Shown: positions 1 to 8,728 of the stretch, in pieces
Position numbering within the stretch: position 1 is the first letter of the stretch
Layout: the number at the start of each line of letters is the position of its first letter
DNA from: an uncultured Acidobacteriota bacterium
GTDB lineage: Bacteria > Acidobacteriota > Vicinamibacteria > Vicinamibacterales > CAVVIG01
NCBI GenBank assembly: GCA_963761615.1
Contig: CAVXGU010000004.1
Span: 223,537 to 287,536, forward strand
DNA length: 64,000 nt
Direction: 5' to 3'
Position numbers and translations under genes: made by a program
Notes under the pieces: model-generated
Databases searched by the model: none
Told to the model about the DNA's origin: nothing
Seen by the model: only the letters and a program-made list of their open reading frames with translations

Positions 1-1
1 C

Positions 2-310
2 TTCCGCTGGATCGACTGCAACGACCTCGAGAACAGCGTGATCTCCCTCGCGCGCTTCGGCCACAGCGCGGGCGAGGCCGTCGTCGCGGTCTTCAACTTC
101 ACCCCCGTGCCGCGCCAGGACTACCGGATTGGCGTGCCCGACCCGGGTTTCTACGTCGAGCTGCTCAACAGCGATGCCGCCGTGTACGGCGGCAGCAACG
201 TGGGTAACGGCGGCGGCGTCCCGGCCGAGCCCGTCGCGTCGCACGGATTCGAACAGTCCCTGCGGCTCACCATCCCGCCCCTCGGCTGCCTGTACCTGAA
301 ACGCCGCTGA
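2..310 (+). CDS. glgB: 1,4-alpha-glucan branching enzyme, C-terminal fragment (5' end lies outside the window)
   Basis: The open frame runs from the window edge. The tail FNFTPVPRQDYRIGVP...LNSD..YGGSN.GNGG...SHG...SL.L.IPPLG matches the conserved GlgB C-terminal beta-sandwich region. Confidence 0.75.
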   Translation, partial: FRWIDCNDLENSVISLARFGHSAGEAVVAVFNFTPVPRQDYRIGVPDPGFYVELLNSDAAVYGGSNVGNGGGVPAEPVASHGFEQSLRLTIPPLGCLYLKRR

Positions 311-345
311 GCCACGACGCACGCAGGCGGGAGCCACACAGGGTC

Positions 346-1533
346 ATGCCGGCTGCTCCTCGCGGGTTCGTGGTCGCCTGCATCGTCTTCGCGACCTTCG
401 TGGACATCGTCGCGTACTCGATCGCGGTGCCGGTCCTGCCGGATCTGGCGGCGAGGTTCGGCGCGTCGCCCACCGTGATCGGGCTGCTGTTCGCTTCCTT
501 TGGGGCGACGCTGCTCGTGACGTCGGTGCCCGCGGGGACGTGGTCGGACCGCATGGGGCGGCGGGGCCTCATCCTCGGAGGCCTCACGGCGCTGGCGGTC
601 GCCACCCTGCTCTTTGCCTTTGCCCGGAGCCTGCCCTGGCTGTTCGCGGCGCGCCTCACGCAGGGCGCGGCCGACGCGGTCACCTGGATCGTGGGCTTCG
701 CGCTGATCGCCGACCTGTACGGGCCCGAGGAGCGGGGCCGGATCATCGGGATCGTGATGTCCGGATCGGGCTTCGCCTTCATGATCGGCCCATCGCTCGG
801 CGGCTGGCTCTACGAGCTCGGCGGGATGCGGCTGCCGTTTCTCGCCGTGGCCGGCGCGGCGGTGGTGGCGATTGCCGCCTTCGCGTTCGTCGAGGTTCCC
901 CTCGTCCACACGCCGCGCGAGCCGATCCCGATCGCCACGCTCGTGCGCAAGCCCGACATCGCGGTCTGCACGGCGGCCGTCCTGGCGATCGCGTCCACGC
1001 TGGCGATGCTCGAGCCGATCGTGTCGATCGAGCTCCAGACCGGTTTGGGCGTCAGCCCCGCGCGGGTGGGCCTGCTCTTCGCCGCGGCCGCCTGCGCCAC
1101 CGCGATCCTGCACCCGGTCTACGGCCATCTGGCGGATCGCTGGGGTGCGCGCCGCCTGACGATGGCGGGCCTGGCGGCGTCCGCGTGCGTGCTGCCCTTC
1201 CTGGGCCTCGCGCATTCGTTCACGTCGGCGCTGGCGCTCTTCGTCGTGCAGTCGTGCGCCGGCGCGCTGGCGATCACGCCGTCACTCGCCTACATGGGTC
1301 AGGTCGTGTCGGCCGAGGGCGCGGGCTCGTTCGGCGTGGCCTACGGTCTCTACAATTTCGCGTGGGGCGCCGGGATCCTGGTCGGGCCGGCGGCTGGAGG
1401 CTTCCTCTACGAACGGATGGGCTTCGCGCGGCTGATGCTCGTGTGGACGGTCGTCGTGGTGATCGCCGCCGCGGGTCTGGCGCGGGTACAATTGGCGACC
1501 CCGGCACCGGAGGGCGGCACGCCGCCGCCGTGA
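346..1533 (+). CDS. MFS transporter
   Basis: 395 aa with about 12 hydrophobic segments and an MFS loop motif, SDRMGRRGLILGG, between TM2 and TM3. GC3 is high. Confidence 0.85.
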   Translation: MPAAPRGFVVACIVFATFVDIVAYSIAVPVLPDLAARFGASPTVIGLLFASFGATLLVTSVPAGTWSDRMGRRGLILGGLTALAVATLLFAFARSLPWLFAARLTQGAADAVTWIVGFALIADLYGPEERGRIIGIVMSGSGFAFMIGPSLGGWLYELGGMRLPFLAVAGAAVVAIAAFAFVEVPLVHTPREPIPIATLVRKPDIAVCTAAVLAIASTLAMLEPIVSIELQTGLGVSPARVGLLFAAAACATAILHPVYGHLADRWGARRLTMAGLAASACVLPFLGLAHSFTSALALFVVQSCAGALAITPSLAYMGQVVSAEGAGSFGVAYGLYNFAWGAGILVGPAAGGFLYERMGFARLMLVWTVVVVIAAAGLARVQLATPAPEGGTPPP

Positions 1534-1555
1534 CTTGATGAAAGAGGCCCCTCTC

Positions 1556-2569
1556 ATGACTCGCATGCGCATCACCGCCGTCCTCGTCGCCTTCCTGCTC
1601 GCGGGATCGTCGCTCGCGCTCCGCGCGGACGTTCGCGCCGATCAGAAGAGCAAGGTGGAGTTCGCCGGCGCACTCGGCAAAGTGGTCAATATCTTCGGCG
1701 GCAAGGCCGCGCGCGAGGGCGTGAACATCTCGCGCATGGTCAAGGGCGATCGAATGGCGTCGATCACGGGCAACGCGGAGCAGATCGTCGACCTGGCCGG
1801 GGAAAAGGTGTACGACATCGATCTCAAGAAGAAGACCTACAAGGTCACCACGTTCGATCAGCTCCGCCAGGAGATGATGGCGGACGAGCGGCGCGCCGCC
1901 GACGAGGCGAAGAAACAGCCCGACGCCGAGCCTGCCCAGCCCGCTCCGGACGAGAAGCAGATGGAGGTGGACTTCAACGTGAAGCAGACCGGGCAGACCA
2001 AGACCATCAACGGGTTCGACACGCACGAAGCGATCATGACGATCACGCTGCGCGAGAAGGGCAAGACGCTCGAGGACGGCGGCGGCATGGTGCTGACCTC
2101 GGACATGTGGCTGACCGCGCCGATCCCGGCGATGAAGGAGATCACCCAGTTCGAGATCCGCTACGCGCAGAAGCTGGCCGGTCCGATGCTCGCCGGCGTC
2201 TCGCCGCAGCAGATGAGCGCGGCGATCGCGTCGTATCCGATGATGAAGCAGGCGGTCTCGCAGATGGCGGCCCAGGGCGCCAAGCTCGACGGGACTCCGG
2301 TGCAGACGGTCACCACGTTCGAGTCGGTGAAGTCGGCCGAGCAGATGGCCGAGGACGCGAAGGCCGAGAAGGAGAACGACCAGCCGAGCGCGAGCGGCGG
2401 GGTCGGCGGGCTGGTGGGCGGCTTCGCCCGCCGGGCGATGCGCAAGAAGCAGGCCGCGCCGTCGCCGCGATCGACCGTCATGACCACGACCACCGAGGTC
2501 CTCAAGGTCGCGACCACGGTGGCCGACAGCGACGTCGCCGTGCCGGCGGGGTTCAAAGAGACGAAGTAG
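1556..2569 (+). CDS. secreted hypothetical protein
   Basis: Signal-peptide-like N-terminus MTRMRITAVLVAFLLAGSSLALRA. GAAAGAGG sits 8 nt upstream of the ATG at 1556; the ORF also opens at 1535. Lys/Glu-rich middle region. No family recognised with certainty. Confidence 0.6.
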   Translation: MTRMRITAVLVAFLLAGSSLALRADVRADQKSKVEFAGALGKVVNIFGGKAAREGVNISRMVKGDRMASITGNAEQIVDLAGEKVYDIDLKKKTYKVTTFDQLRQEMMADERRAADEAKKQPDAEPAQPAPDEKQMEVDFNVKQTGQTKTINGFDTHEAIMTITLREKGKTLEDGGGMVLTSDMWLTAPIPAMKEITQFEIRYAQKLAGPMLAGVSPQQMSAAIASYPMMKQAVSQMAAQGAKLDGTPVQTVTTFESVKSAEQMAEDAKAEKENDQPSASGGVGGLVGGFARRAMRKKQAAPSPRSTVMTTTTEVLKVATTVADSDVAVPAGFKETK

Positions 2570-2963
2570 CCAGCCGCTCGATCCGCGTCCATTCGCCGTC
2601 CGACACGGGCATCACCGAGAGCCTGGCGATCCGCACGAGCGGGAAGTCGCGGAAGGCCTTGTCGGCCTTGATCTCGGCGAGCGTGACCGGACGCGCGAGC
2701 TTCTTCACCGGCACGATGTCGACGACCGCACGCTTGCCGGTCTCGTCGTCCGGGTCCGGCGCGGCATTCGTGGCGGCGCGCGCGATGCCCACGACCGCCT
2801 TCTCGTTGCCCGTGTGGTAGTAGAAGACACGGTCGCCCTTGCGCACCGCGTGCAGGTGCTTCTGGGCGAGCGGATTCTTCACCCCGCTCCACGTCGTGCG
2901 CCCGTCGGCGACGAGCGCATCGAAGCTGTAGCTCGACGGCTCTTCCTTGAACAGCCAGTTCAT
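2553..2963 (-). CDS. EVE (PUA-like) domain protein
   Basis: 136 aa. N-terminus MNWLFKEEPSSYSFD..L...G.T.W.GV.N..A...L..V..GD.V.YYHTG matches the EVE/DUF55 pattern. Confidence 0.85.
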   Translation of the reverse strand: MNWLFKEEPSSYSFDALVADGRTTWSGVKNPLAQKHLHAVRKGDRVFYYHTGNEKAVVGIARAATNAAPDPDDETGKRAVVDIVPVKKLARPVTLAEIKADKAFRDFPLVRIARLSVMPVSDGEWTRIERLATSSL

Positions 2964-3040
2964 GTATGTCCTCGTTCACCGATGGCGGCGGGGTCCCACC
3001 CCCGCCGCGAAACCCACGCTGACGCCTCGTCTCGGACGTC

Positions 3041-3084
3041 GCGAAGCCGACCTGAAGGTCGGCCGCTACAGCGAAACGAAGACC
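3041..3084. repeat. 44-nt REP-like unit (hairpin GCCGACC-TGAA-GGTCGGC plus tail cgctacagcgaaacgaagacc)
   Basis: Perfect 7-bp stem with a 4-nt loop. The same 44-nt unit recurs at 42068..42111 with 3 mismatches. It lies in the intergenic gap between the EVE gene start and the ACAD stop. Confidence 0.8.
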
Positions 3085-3086
3085 AC

Positions 3087-4226
3087 TTAGGAGAGCACCT
3101 GCCTCGCGATGGTCTGGAGCTGCAGGTTCGACGTGCCCTCGTAGATCTGGCCGATCTTCTGGTCGCGGAACAGCTTCTCGACGGGGTAGTCCTTCGTGAA
3201 GCCGTAGCCGCCGAACAGGTTCACCGCGAGCGAGGTAATGCGCTCTGCCGCCTCGGACGCGAAGAGCTTGCACATCGCCGCCTCGGTCAGGAACGGCTGC
3301 CGCTCGTCGCGCAGCCGCGCGGCATTGTAGACGAGCAGGCGCGCCGCCTCGAGATCGGTCGCCGCCCGCGCGAGCTGGTGCTGGACGGCCTGGAAGTCGG
3401 CGATCGCCCTGCCGAACTGCTTCCGCTCCTTCGTGTAGGCGAGGGCGTGCTCGAGCGCCCCCTGCGCGAGGCCCACCATCTGCGCGCCGATGCCGATCCG
3501 CCCCTCGTTGAGCGTCTCGATCGCGATCTTGTAGCCCTTGCCGATCTGCCCCAGCACGTTCGCCGCAGGCACCCGGCAGTCGTCCAACAGCAGCTCGCAC
3601 GTCGAGCTCGCGCGGATGCCCAGCTTGTCCTCCTTGCGGCCGACGGTGAAGCCCGGGAACCCGCGTTCGACGACGAACGCCGTGATGCCGCGGTAGCCGG
3701 CCTCGGGGTTCGCGTTGGCGAAGACGAGGAAGACGTCCGCTTCGGCCGCGTTCGTGATCCAGAGCTTGCGTCCGTTCAGCACCCAGTCGCCGCCGCGCTC
3801 GACCGCGCGCGTCTGCAGCGCGAAGGCGTCGCTGCCGGATCCGGCCTCCGACAGGGCGTAGGCGCCGACCGCCTCCGAGGCGAGCCGTGGCAGGTACCGG
3901 GACGTGATCGCGTCCGACGCCCACCGCATCAGCGCGTTGGCGACGAGCGTGTTCTGCACGTCGGCGACGACCCCGACGGACGGATCGACGCGCGACAGCT
4001 CCTCGACGGCGAGGACCGCGTGGAAGAAGCCGGCGCCGGCGCCGCCGAACGCCTCCGGAATCTCGACGCCCATCACGCCGAGAGCGAACATCTTGTCGAT
4101 GAGCGCCCGGGGCATCCGCGCCTGCTGGTCCATCTCCCGCACGAGGGGACGGACCTCGCGCTCGGCGAACTCGCGCACGCTGGCCCGGAACAGCCGCTCG
4201 TCGTCCGACAGGGTGGTGAGCGCCAT
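3087..4226 (-). CDS. acyl-CoA dehydrogenase
   Basis: 379 aa starting at MALTTLSDDERLF. Full-length ACAD pattern (WITNA, GYRGITAF, YEGTSNLQ). ATG at 4224..4226 verified in the sequence. The longer ORF upstream is an Arg/Pro-rich shadow. Confidence 0.9.
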   Translation of the reverse strand: MALTTLSDDERLFRASVREFAEREVRPLVREMDQQARMPRALIDKMFALGVMGVEIPEAFGGAGAGFFHAVLAVEELSRVDPSVGVVADVQNTLVANALMRWASDAITSRYLPRLASEAVGAYALSEAGSGSDAFALQTRAVERGGDWVLNGRKLWITNAAEADVFLVFANANPEAGYRGITAFVVERGFPGFTVGRKEDKLGIRASSTCELLLDDCRVPAANVLGQIGKGYKIAIETLNEGRIGIGAQMVGLAQGALEHALAYTKERKQFGRAIADFQAVQHQLARAATDLEAARLLVYNAARLRDERQPFLTEAAMCKLFASEAAERITSLAVNLFGGYGFTKDYPVEKLFRDQKIGQIYEGTSNLQLQTIARQVLS

Positions 4227-5038
4227 CACGACTCCAGGCCGAGGCGGGCTTCGAGCCGCTTGAGCGCCTCGAGCTGCTCCCGCTGCAGCCGGAGGAACTC
4301 CGTCCACTCGCCGCCGCGCACATCGTCGAGCTTCGCGTGGAGCGCGGTGATCTCGACCTCGGCCCGAAGGTTCACCTCGTAGTCGTTGCGGGCTTCGATG
4401 CGGTCGTGGGCCGCCTGGCGGTTCTGGCTCATCATGATGACCGGCGCCTGGAGCGCGGCCAGGCACGAGAGCAGCAGGTTCAACAGGATGTAGGGGTAGG
4501 GGTCGAACGGCCGGGCGGTCGTCTGGTTCATGAGGATCCAGCCGAGGATCACGACCGCGAAGATGCCGATGAACGTCCAGCTGCCGCCGAAGGCGGCGAC
4601 CCGGTCGGCCACACGCTGGCCGAAGGTCAGCTGCGCGTCGAACGCCTTCGTCGGATCGAGAATCGGCCGGCGCCGGAGCACGGCCGAGAGGACGCGGCGC
4701 TCGGCGTCGCCCAGCCGCTTGACCTGCTGTTCCAGATCCGCCGTCCGCAGACCCGCGGGGACGACCTGGGGCAGGCCCGTCGCCTGAAAGGCGTGCCGTG
4801 CCAGCCGGAGGCCCGCGACGAGAACCGACGCACCGAGCATCGCCACCACGATGTGCGCCGCGACGTCGTCCGGCGTGGTCGCGTGGATGCTGCGCAGAAT
4901 CCACTCTCCGATGAGGGCGCCGAGGGATCCGAGCGTGAGGTCCCCGGCGATGCCGTAATCGCGACTGCTCTTCATCGCGATGCGCACCAGCCATCCGGCC
5001 GCCAGGCCGCTGGCAATCCAGATCAGGAAATTCAGCAC
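4226..5038 (-). CDS. membrane protein, GlsB/YeaQ/YmgE-like N-terminus fused to a DUF1003-like C-terminus
   Basis: The N-terminal roughly 85 aa has three TM segments resembling the transglycosylase-associated family. The C-terminus carries FG.RVAD.VA.F.GSW.FI......W...N.......FDPYPYILLNL.LS..AA.QAP.IMMSQNRQ, typical of DUF1003. Its stop overlaps the ACAD start. Confidence 0.7.
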   Translation of the reverse strand: MLNFLIWIASGLAAGWLVRIAMKSSRDYGIAGDLTLGSLGALIGEWILRSIHATTPDDVAAHIVVAMLGASVLVAGLRLARHAFQATGLPQVVPAGLRTADLEQQVKRLGDAERRVLSAVLRRRPILDPTKAFDAQLTFGQRVADRVAAFGGSWTFIGIFAVVILGWILMNQTTARPFDPYPYILLNLLLSCLAALQAPVIMMSQNRQAAHDRIEARNDYEVNLRAEVEITALHAKLDDVRGGEWTEFLRLQREQLEALKRLEARLGLES

Positions 5039-5120
5039 GTCTCACCCCCTTGACGGCGCCCTACGGCCATCTGGACCGGATCGTACCGCAAGGTGGGATT
5101 CGGCCGGGGGCGGCCGTCGA

Positions 5121-5414
5121 TCAGACCGTCACGTGAAGTCCCTGGCGTCGCGGCGCACGACGACCGAGGCTGTCGCCGTCTGTGGACAAGGTGTAGGTGC
5201 CGTCGGTCCGGACCGAGAGGAAGCCTTCGTGGACGAGCGCGTCCAGCATCGCCTGGCAGGCGGCCGCCCCCACGCCGCACAGGCGGCCGACCTGGCGGGC
5301 CGTCAGCTTCATCCCGGGCATTTCACGATATTCCGCGCGGATGCGGTCCATCAGCGTCATCTTCACGAGGGTGTCCGCGCGAACGCCCGCACGGCCGGTG
5401 TGATCTGCAGTCAT
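5121..5414 (-). CDS. small conserved hypothetical protein (winged-helix-like)
   Basis: The core MDRIRAEYREMPGMKLTARQVGRLCGV....C...LDALV.EGFL resembles a recurrent small protein family. GAGAGG lies 7 nt upstream of the ATG at 5414. Alternative starts are at 5420 (GTG) and 5360. Confidence 0.5.
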   Translation of the reverse strand: MTADHTGRAGVRADTLVKMTLMDRIRAEYREMPGMKLTARQVGRLCGVGAAACQAMLDALVHEGFLSVRTDGTYTLSTDGDSLGRRAPRRQGLHVTV

Positions 5415-5497
5415 CGTCACGCCTCTCGACGGATCGCCCGTGGGCGGCCCGCAATTCGACTGTGTCCGGCAGAACAGTGGTCCCGGCGAGAGTGCTT

Positions 5498-5815
5498 CTA
5501 GATTCGAAGGACGGTCGGGGAAGACGCGCGGCGCGAGGGAGCGCCGCGTTCGGGAATCGGCGGCTCGACGAGGCTCAGGACAAACGCCTGCGGGGGCACT
5601 CGGCGTGGTGCCTCAATCCGCAGCCGTCTCGTGCCGGTCACGAAGGAGGGGACGGCCAGGGTCTTCGCGAGCGCGGGGGACTCGGCGATCGCGATGGCCG
5701 GTGCGACGGTGAGGTGCGCGTCCGGCGACCCGCCAGGGACGCTCGCGTGCGCCGACACCCCGACCGAGAGGAGGGCGAGCCCAACGACGCACCCGGTGCA
5801 CAGCCTGGCCAGCAT
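5498..5815 (-). CDS. hypothetical secreted protein
   Basis: Internal start MLARLCTGCVVGLALLSVGVSAHA looks like a signal peptide. No recognisable family. Support is weak. Confidence 0.3.
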   Translation of the reverse strand: MLARLCTGCVVGLALLSVGVSAHASVPGGSPDAHLTVAPAIAIAESPALAKTLAVPSFVTGTRRLRIEAPRRVPPQAFVLSLVEPPIPERGAPSRRASSPTVLRI

Positions 5816-5925
5816 TCGAAAAGGATCCCGATTAGGAGCATAGCAGAGGCCAAAGACATTCGGAGACAATTCTGAGTTTGCGCGGCCGTCACGAAGCTGC
5901 CGCGTCGACTTGACATGGCCGCCGC

Positions 5926-8480
5926 ATGCTGGGCGCCATGACGCCTCCCCTTTCACGCCTCGCGCGCACCGCCCTTCTCCTGATCGCCCTCGCGTTCGGC
6001 ACCGCACTCGTGCTCGCCCAGCCGCCGCAGGCGCCCGACGTGCCGGGCGCCCGCGGCGGCGGCGTCACGCTGCTGCCCAACGGCTGGCGCATCGCGCCGG
6101 CCGGGCGCAGCCTTCAGGTCGGCGACTTCCCGCTGTCGATGGTCATGACCCCGGATCGCCGCTACCTGGTCATCAGCAACAACGGGTGGTCGAAGCCGAC
6201 GCTCACGATCGTCGACACCGAGCAGCTCGGCGTCCGCGCGCGCGTCCCGGTGGACAACGCGTGGCTCGGGCTCGCATGGAACCCGAAGGGCACCCAGCTC
6301 TACTCCTCCGGCGCGGCCGACAACACCGTCAACGTCTTCGACTACCGGACCGGCACGCTGCGGCCGGCGCGCCAGTTCGTCGTGGATCGCTCGGCCGTGC
6401 GCCTGCCGCCGCACATGCTCGACATGGGCGGCACCGGCTTCATCGGCGGCCTCGCCGTCAGTCCGGACGGGCACACCCTGTACGCCGCGCACGTCTTCGG
6501 CCGCGGCGTCAGCTCGATCGACGTCGAGACGGGCGACGTGCAGACCGTGAGCCTGCCGGCCGAGGCGTACACCGTCCTGCCCTCGCCGGACGGGCGGACC
6601 GTGTTCCTCTCGCTCTGGGGCGGCGCGAAGGTCCTCGCGCTCGATGCCCGGACGCTCTCGATCACCGGGGAGGGCGGCGTCGGCGAGCATCCGAACGCGA
6701 TGGCCCTGTCGAAGGACGGCACGCGGCTCTTCGTCGCCTGCGCCAACACGAACTCGGTCTGGGCGCTCGACGTGCCGTCGCTCGCCGCGCGCGAGCGGAT
6801 TTCCGTCTCGATGTTCCCGCACGCGCCGGCCGGGACCACGCCGAACGCGCTCGCCGTCTCGCCGGACGGCACCACCCTCGCCGTGGCGGACGCCGACAAC
6901 AACACGGTCGCCGTCGTCGACATCAAGACGCCCGGCGCGAGCGAGGTGGAAGGCTTCATCCCCACAGGGTGGTATCCGACGGCGGTGCTCTTCGACCAGA
7001 CCGGTCGGCGCCTCTTCGTCCTGGATGGCAAGGGCCTGACGAGCCAGTCGAATCCGCGCGGTCCGCAGCCCGTGAGCGGAGCGCCGACGGGCAGTACGTC
7101 GCGCAGCTGCTGCAGGGGGCGCTGTCGGTCATCGACTGGCCCGACGCTGCACGCTTGAAGGCCTACACGCAGCAGGCCGCGTCGCTCTCGGCCTACAAGG
7201 ACTCGATCCGTCTCGCGCCGGAGGACGCGCCCGCCGGCAACCCGATTCCCGCCCGGGTCGGAGATCCGTCGCCGATCAAGCACGTCTTCTACGTGATCCG
7301 CGAGAACCGCAGCTACGACCAGGTCCTGGGCGACCTCGGACGGGGCAACGGCGATCCGACCCTGACGCTTTTCGGCGGGGACGTGACGCCCAACGCCCAC
7401 GCCCTCGCGCGCGAGTTCGTCACGCTGGACAACTTCTACGTGGACGCCGAGGTGAGCTACGACGGCCACGCCTTCTCGACGGGCGCGTACGCGACGGACG
7501 CCGTCGAGAAGCTCTGGCCGACCAATTACGGCAACCGCGGCGGCGCCTACCTGAGCGAGGGCGGGTTCGGCACCCGCAACAAGTACGGCAACCTCGACGC
7601 CCCGGCCGACGGCTACCTCTGGGACTTCGCCGCACGCGCCGGCGTCACGTACCGCAGCTACGGCGAGTTCGCCATGCGCGCGAACGGGAAGACGGACGGC
7701 CCCATCGTCGCGGCCGTGCCGGGCCTCGAAGGGCACATCGACACCGCCTATCCGCCGTTCGATCTCACCATCCGCGACAACGCGCGGCTCGATCTCTGGC
7801 TCCAGGAGTTCCACCAGTTCGAGCAGAACGGCCGGCTGCCGCAGCTCAACATCGTCCGCCTCGGAGACGATCACACGATGGGCACCCGGGTCGGCGCGCG
7901 CACCCCGCGCGCCATGGTCGCGGAGAACGACCTCGCCGTCGGCCGCCTGGTCGAGGCCGTCTCGAAGAGCCCCTACTGGAAGGACTCGGCGATCTTCGTC
8001 CTCGAGGACGATGCACAGAACGGCCCGGACCACGTGGACTCGCACCGGTCGCCGGCGTTCCTGGCGGGTCCGTACGTGAAGCGGGGCGCCGTCGACAGCA
8101 CGCTCTACACGACCTCGGGCATGCTGCGGACGATGGAGTTGATCCTCGGTCTCCCGCCGATGAGCCAGTACGACGCGGCAGCGACGCCGATGTACAACGC
8201 CTTCCAGGCCGCGCCCGTCGAGACGCCGTTCACGGCCAGGCCGGCGCGCGTCTCCCTGGACGAGGTCAACGGACAGGACGCCTTCGGCGCGAGCGCCTCG
8301 GCGAAGATGGATTTCCGCGACGCGGACCGGATTCCCGAGGACGCGCTCAACGAGATTCTGTGGAAGTCGATCAAGGGCGCCGGCTCCGCGATGCCGCCGC
8401 CGGTCCGTTCCGGGTTCATCCGCGGCGTCGAGCGCCAGGGCGAGGAAGCCGCCGAGCGGCACGAGCGGACGCGGCCCTAG
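5926..8480 (+). pseudogene. bifunctional YncE-like beta-propeller / phosphoesterase (PLC/AcpA-type) protein, reading frame broken near 7075-7095
   Basis: The N-terminal 380 aa (frame of 5926) has a signal peptide and YVTN-type repeats (SPDG..L..A). The C-terminal 460 aa (frame of 5910) has the phosphoesterase pattern HVFYVIRENRSYDQVLGDL...DNFY..AEVSYDGH...LGDDHT...EDDAQNGPDHVD.HRS. The two halves join only with a -1 shift. Confidence 0.8.
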
Positions 8481-8728
8481 GGGACGCTCTCAGGCGCGAT
8501 CGTCGTTGTGCCGGAAGCGCTCGATGACGCTGACGCGTCGGCCGAGGTCGTCTCGAAGACGGGCGCACGCTCCTTTCGGACATGACGCGGACGGCCACGA
8601 CCGACGACGCGGCCGGCGCTGGTTCCGGCGCTACTGGACTTCGGCGTCGGCTCCGGCGCTCACGTCCTCGTGAACGGTCTGCTCGACGTCACGCGCGAGA
8701 TCGCCGAGGCGCAGGCGCCTCCAGCCTC

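Noticed and set aside
8481-8728. Possible small gene in the 248-nt gap between the convergent phosphoesterase and RND genes. This includes ORF 8416..8598 and a GC3-rich frame ending ...RLRDDLGRRVSVIERFRHNDDRA.
   Set aside because: The better-looking frame has no start codon with an RBS, and the listed ORF is Arg-rich junk. Evidence is insufficient. The repeated CCGGCGCT octamers there are too short to interpret.
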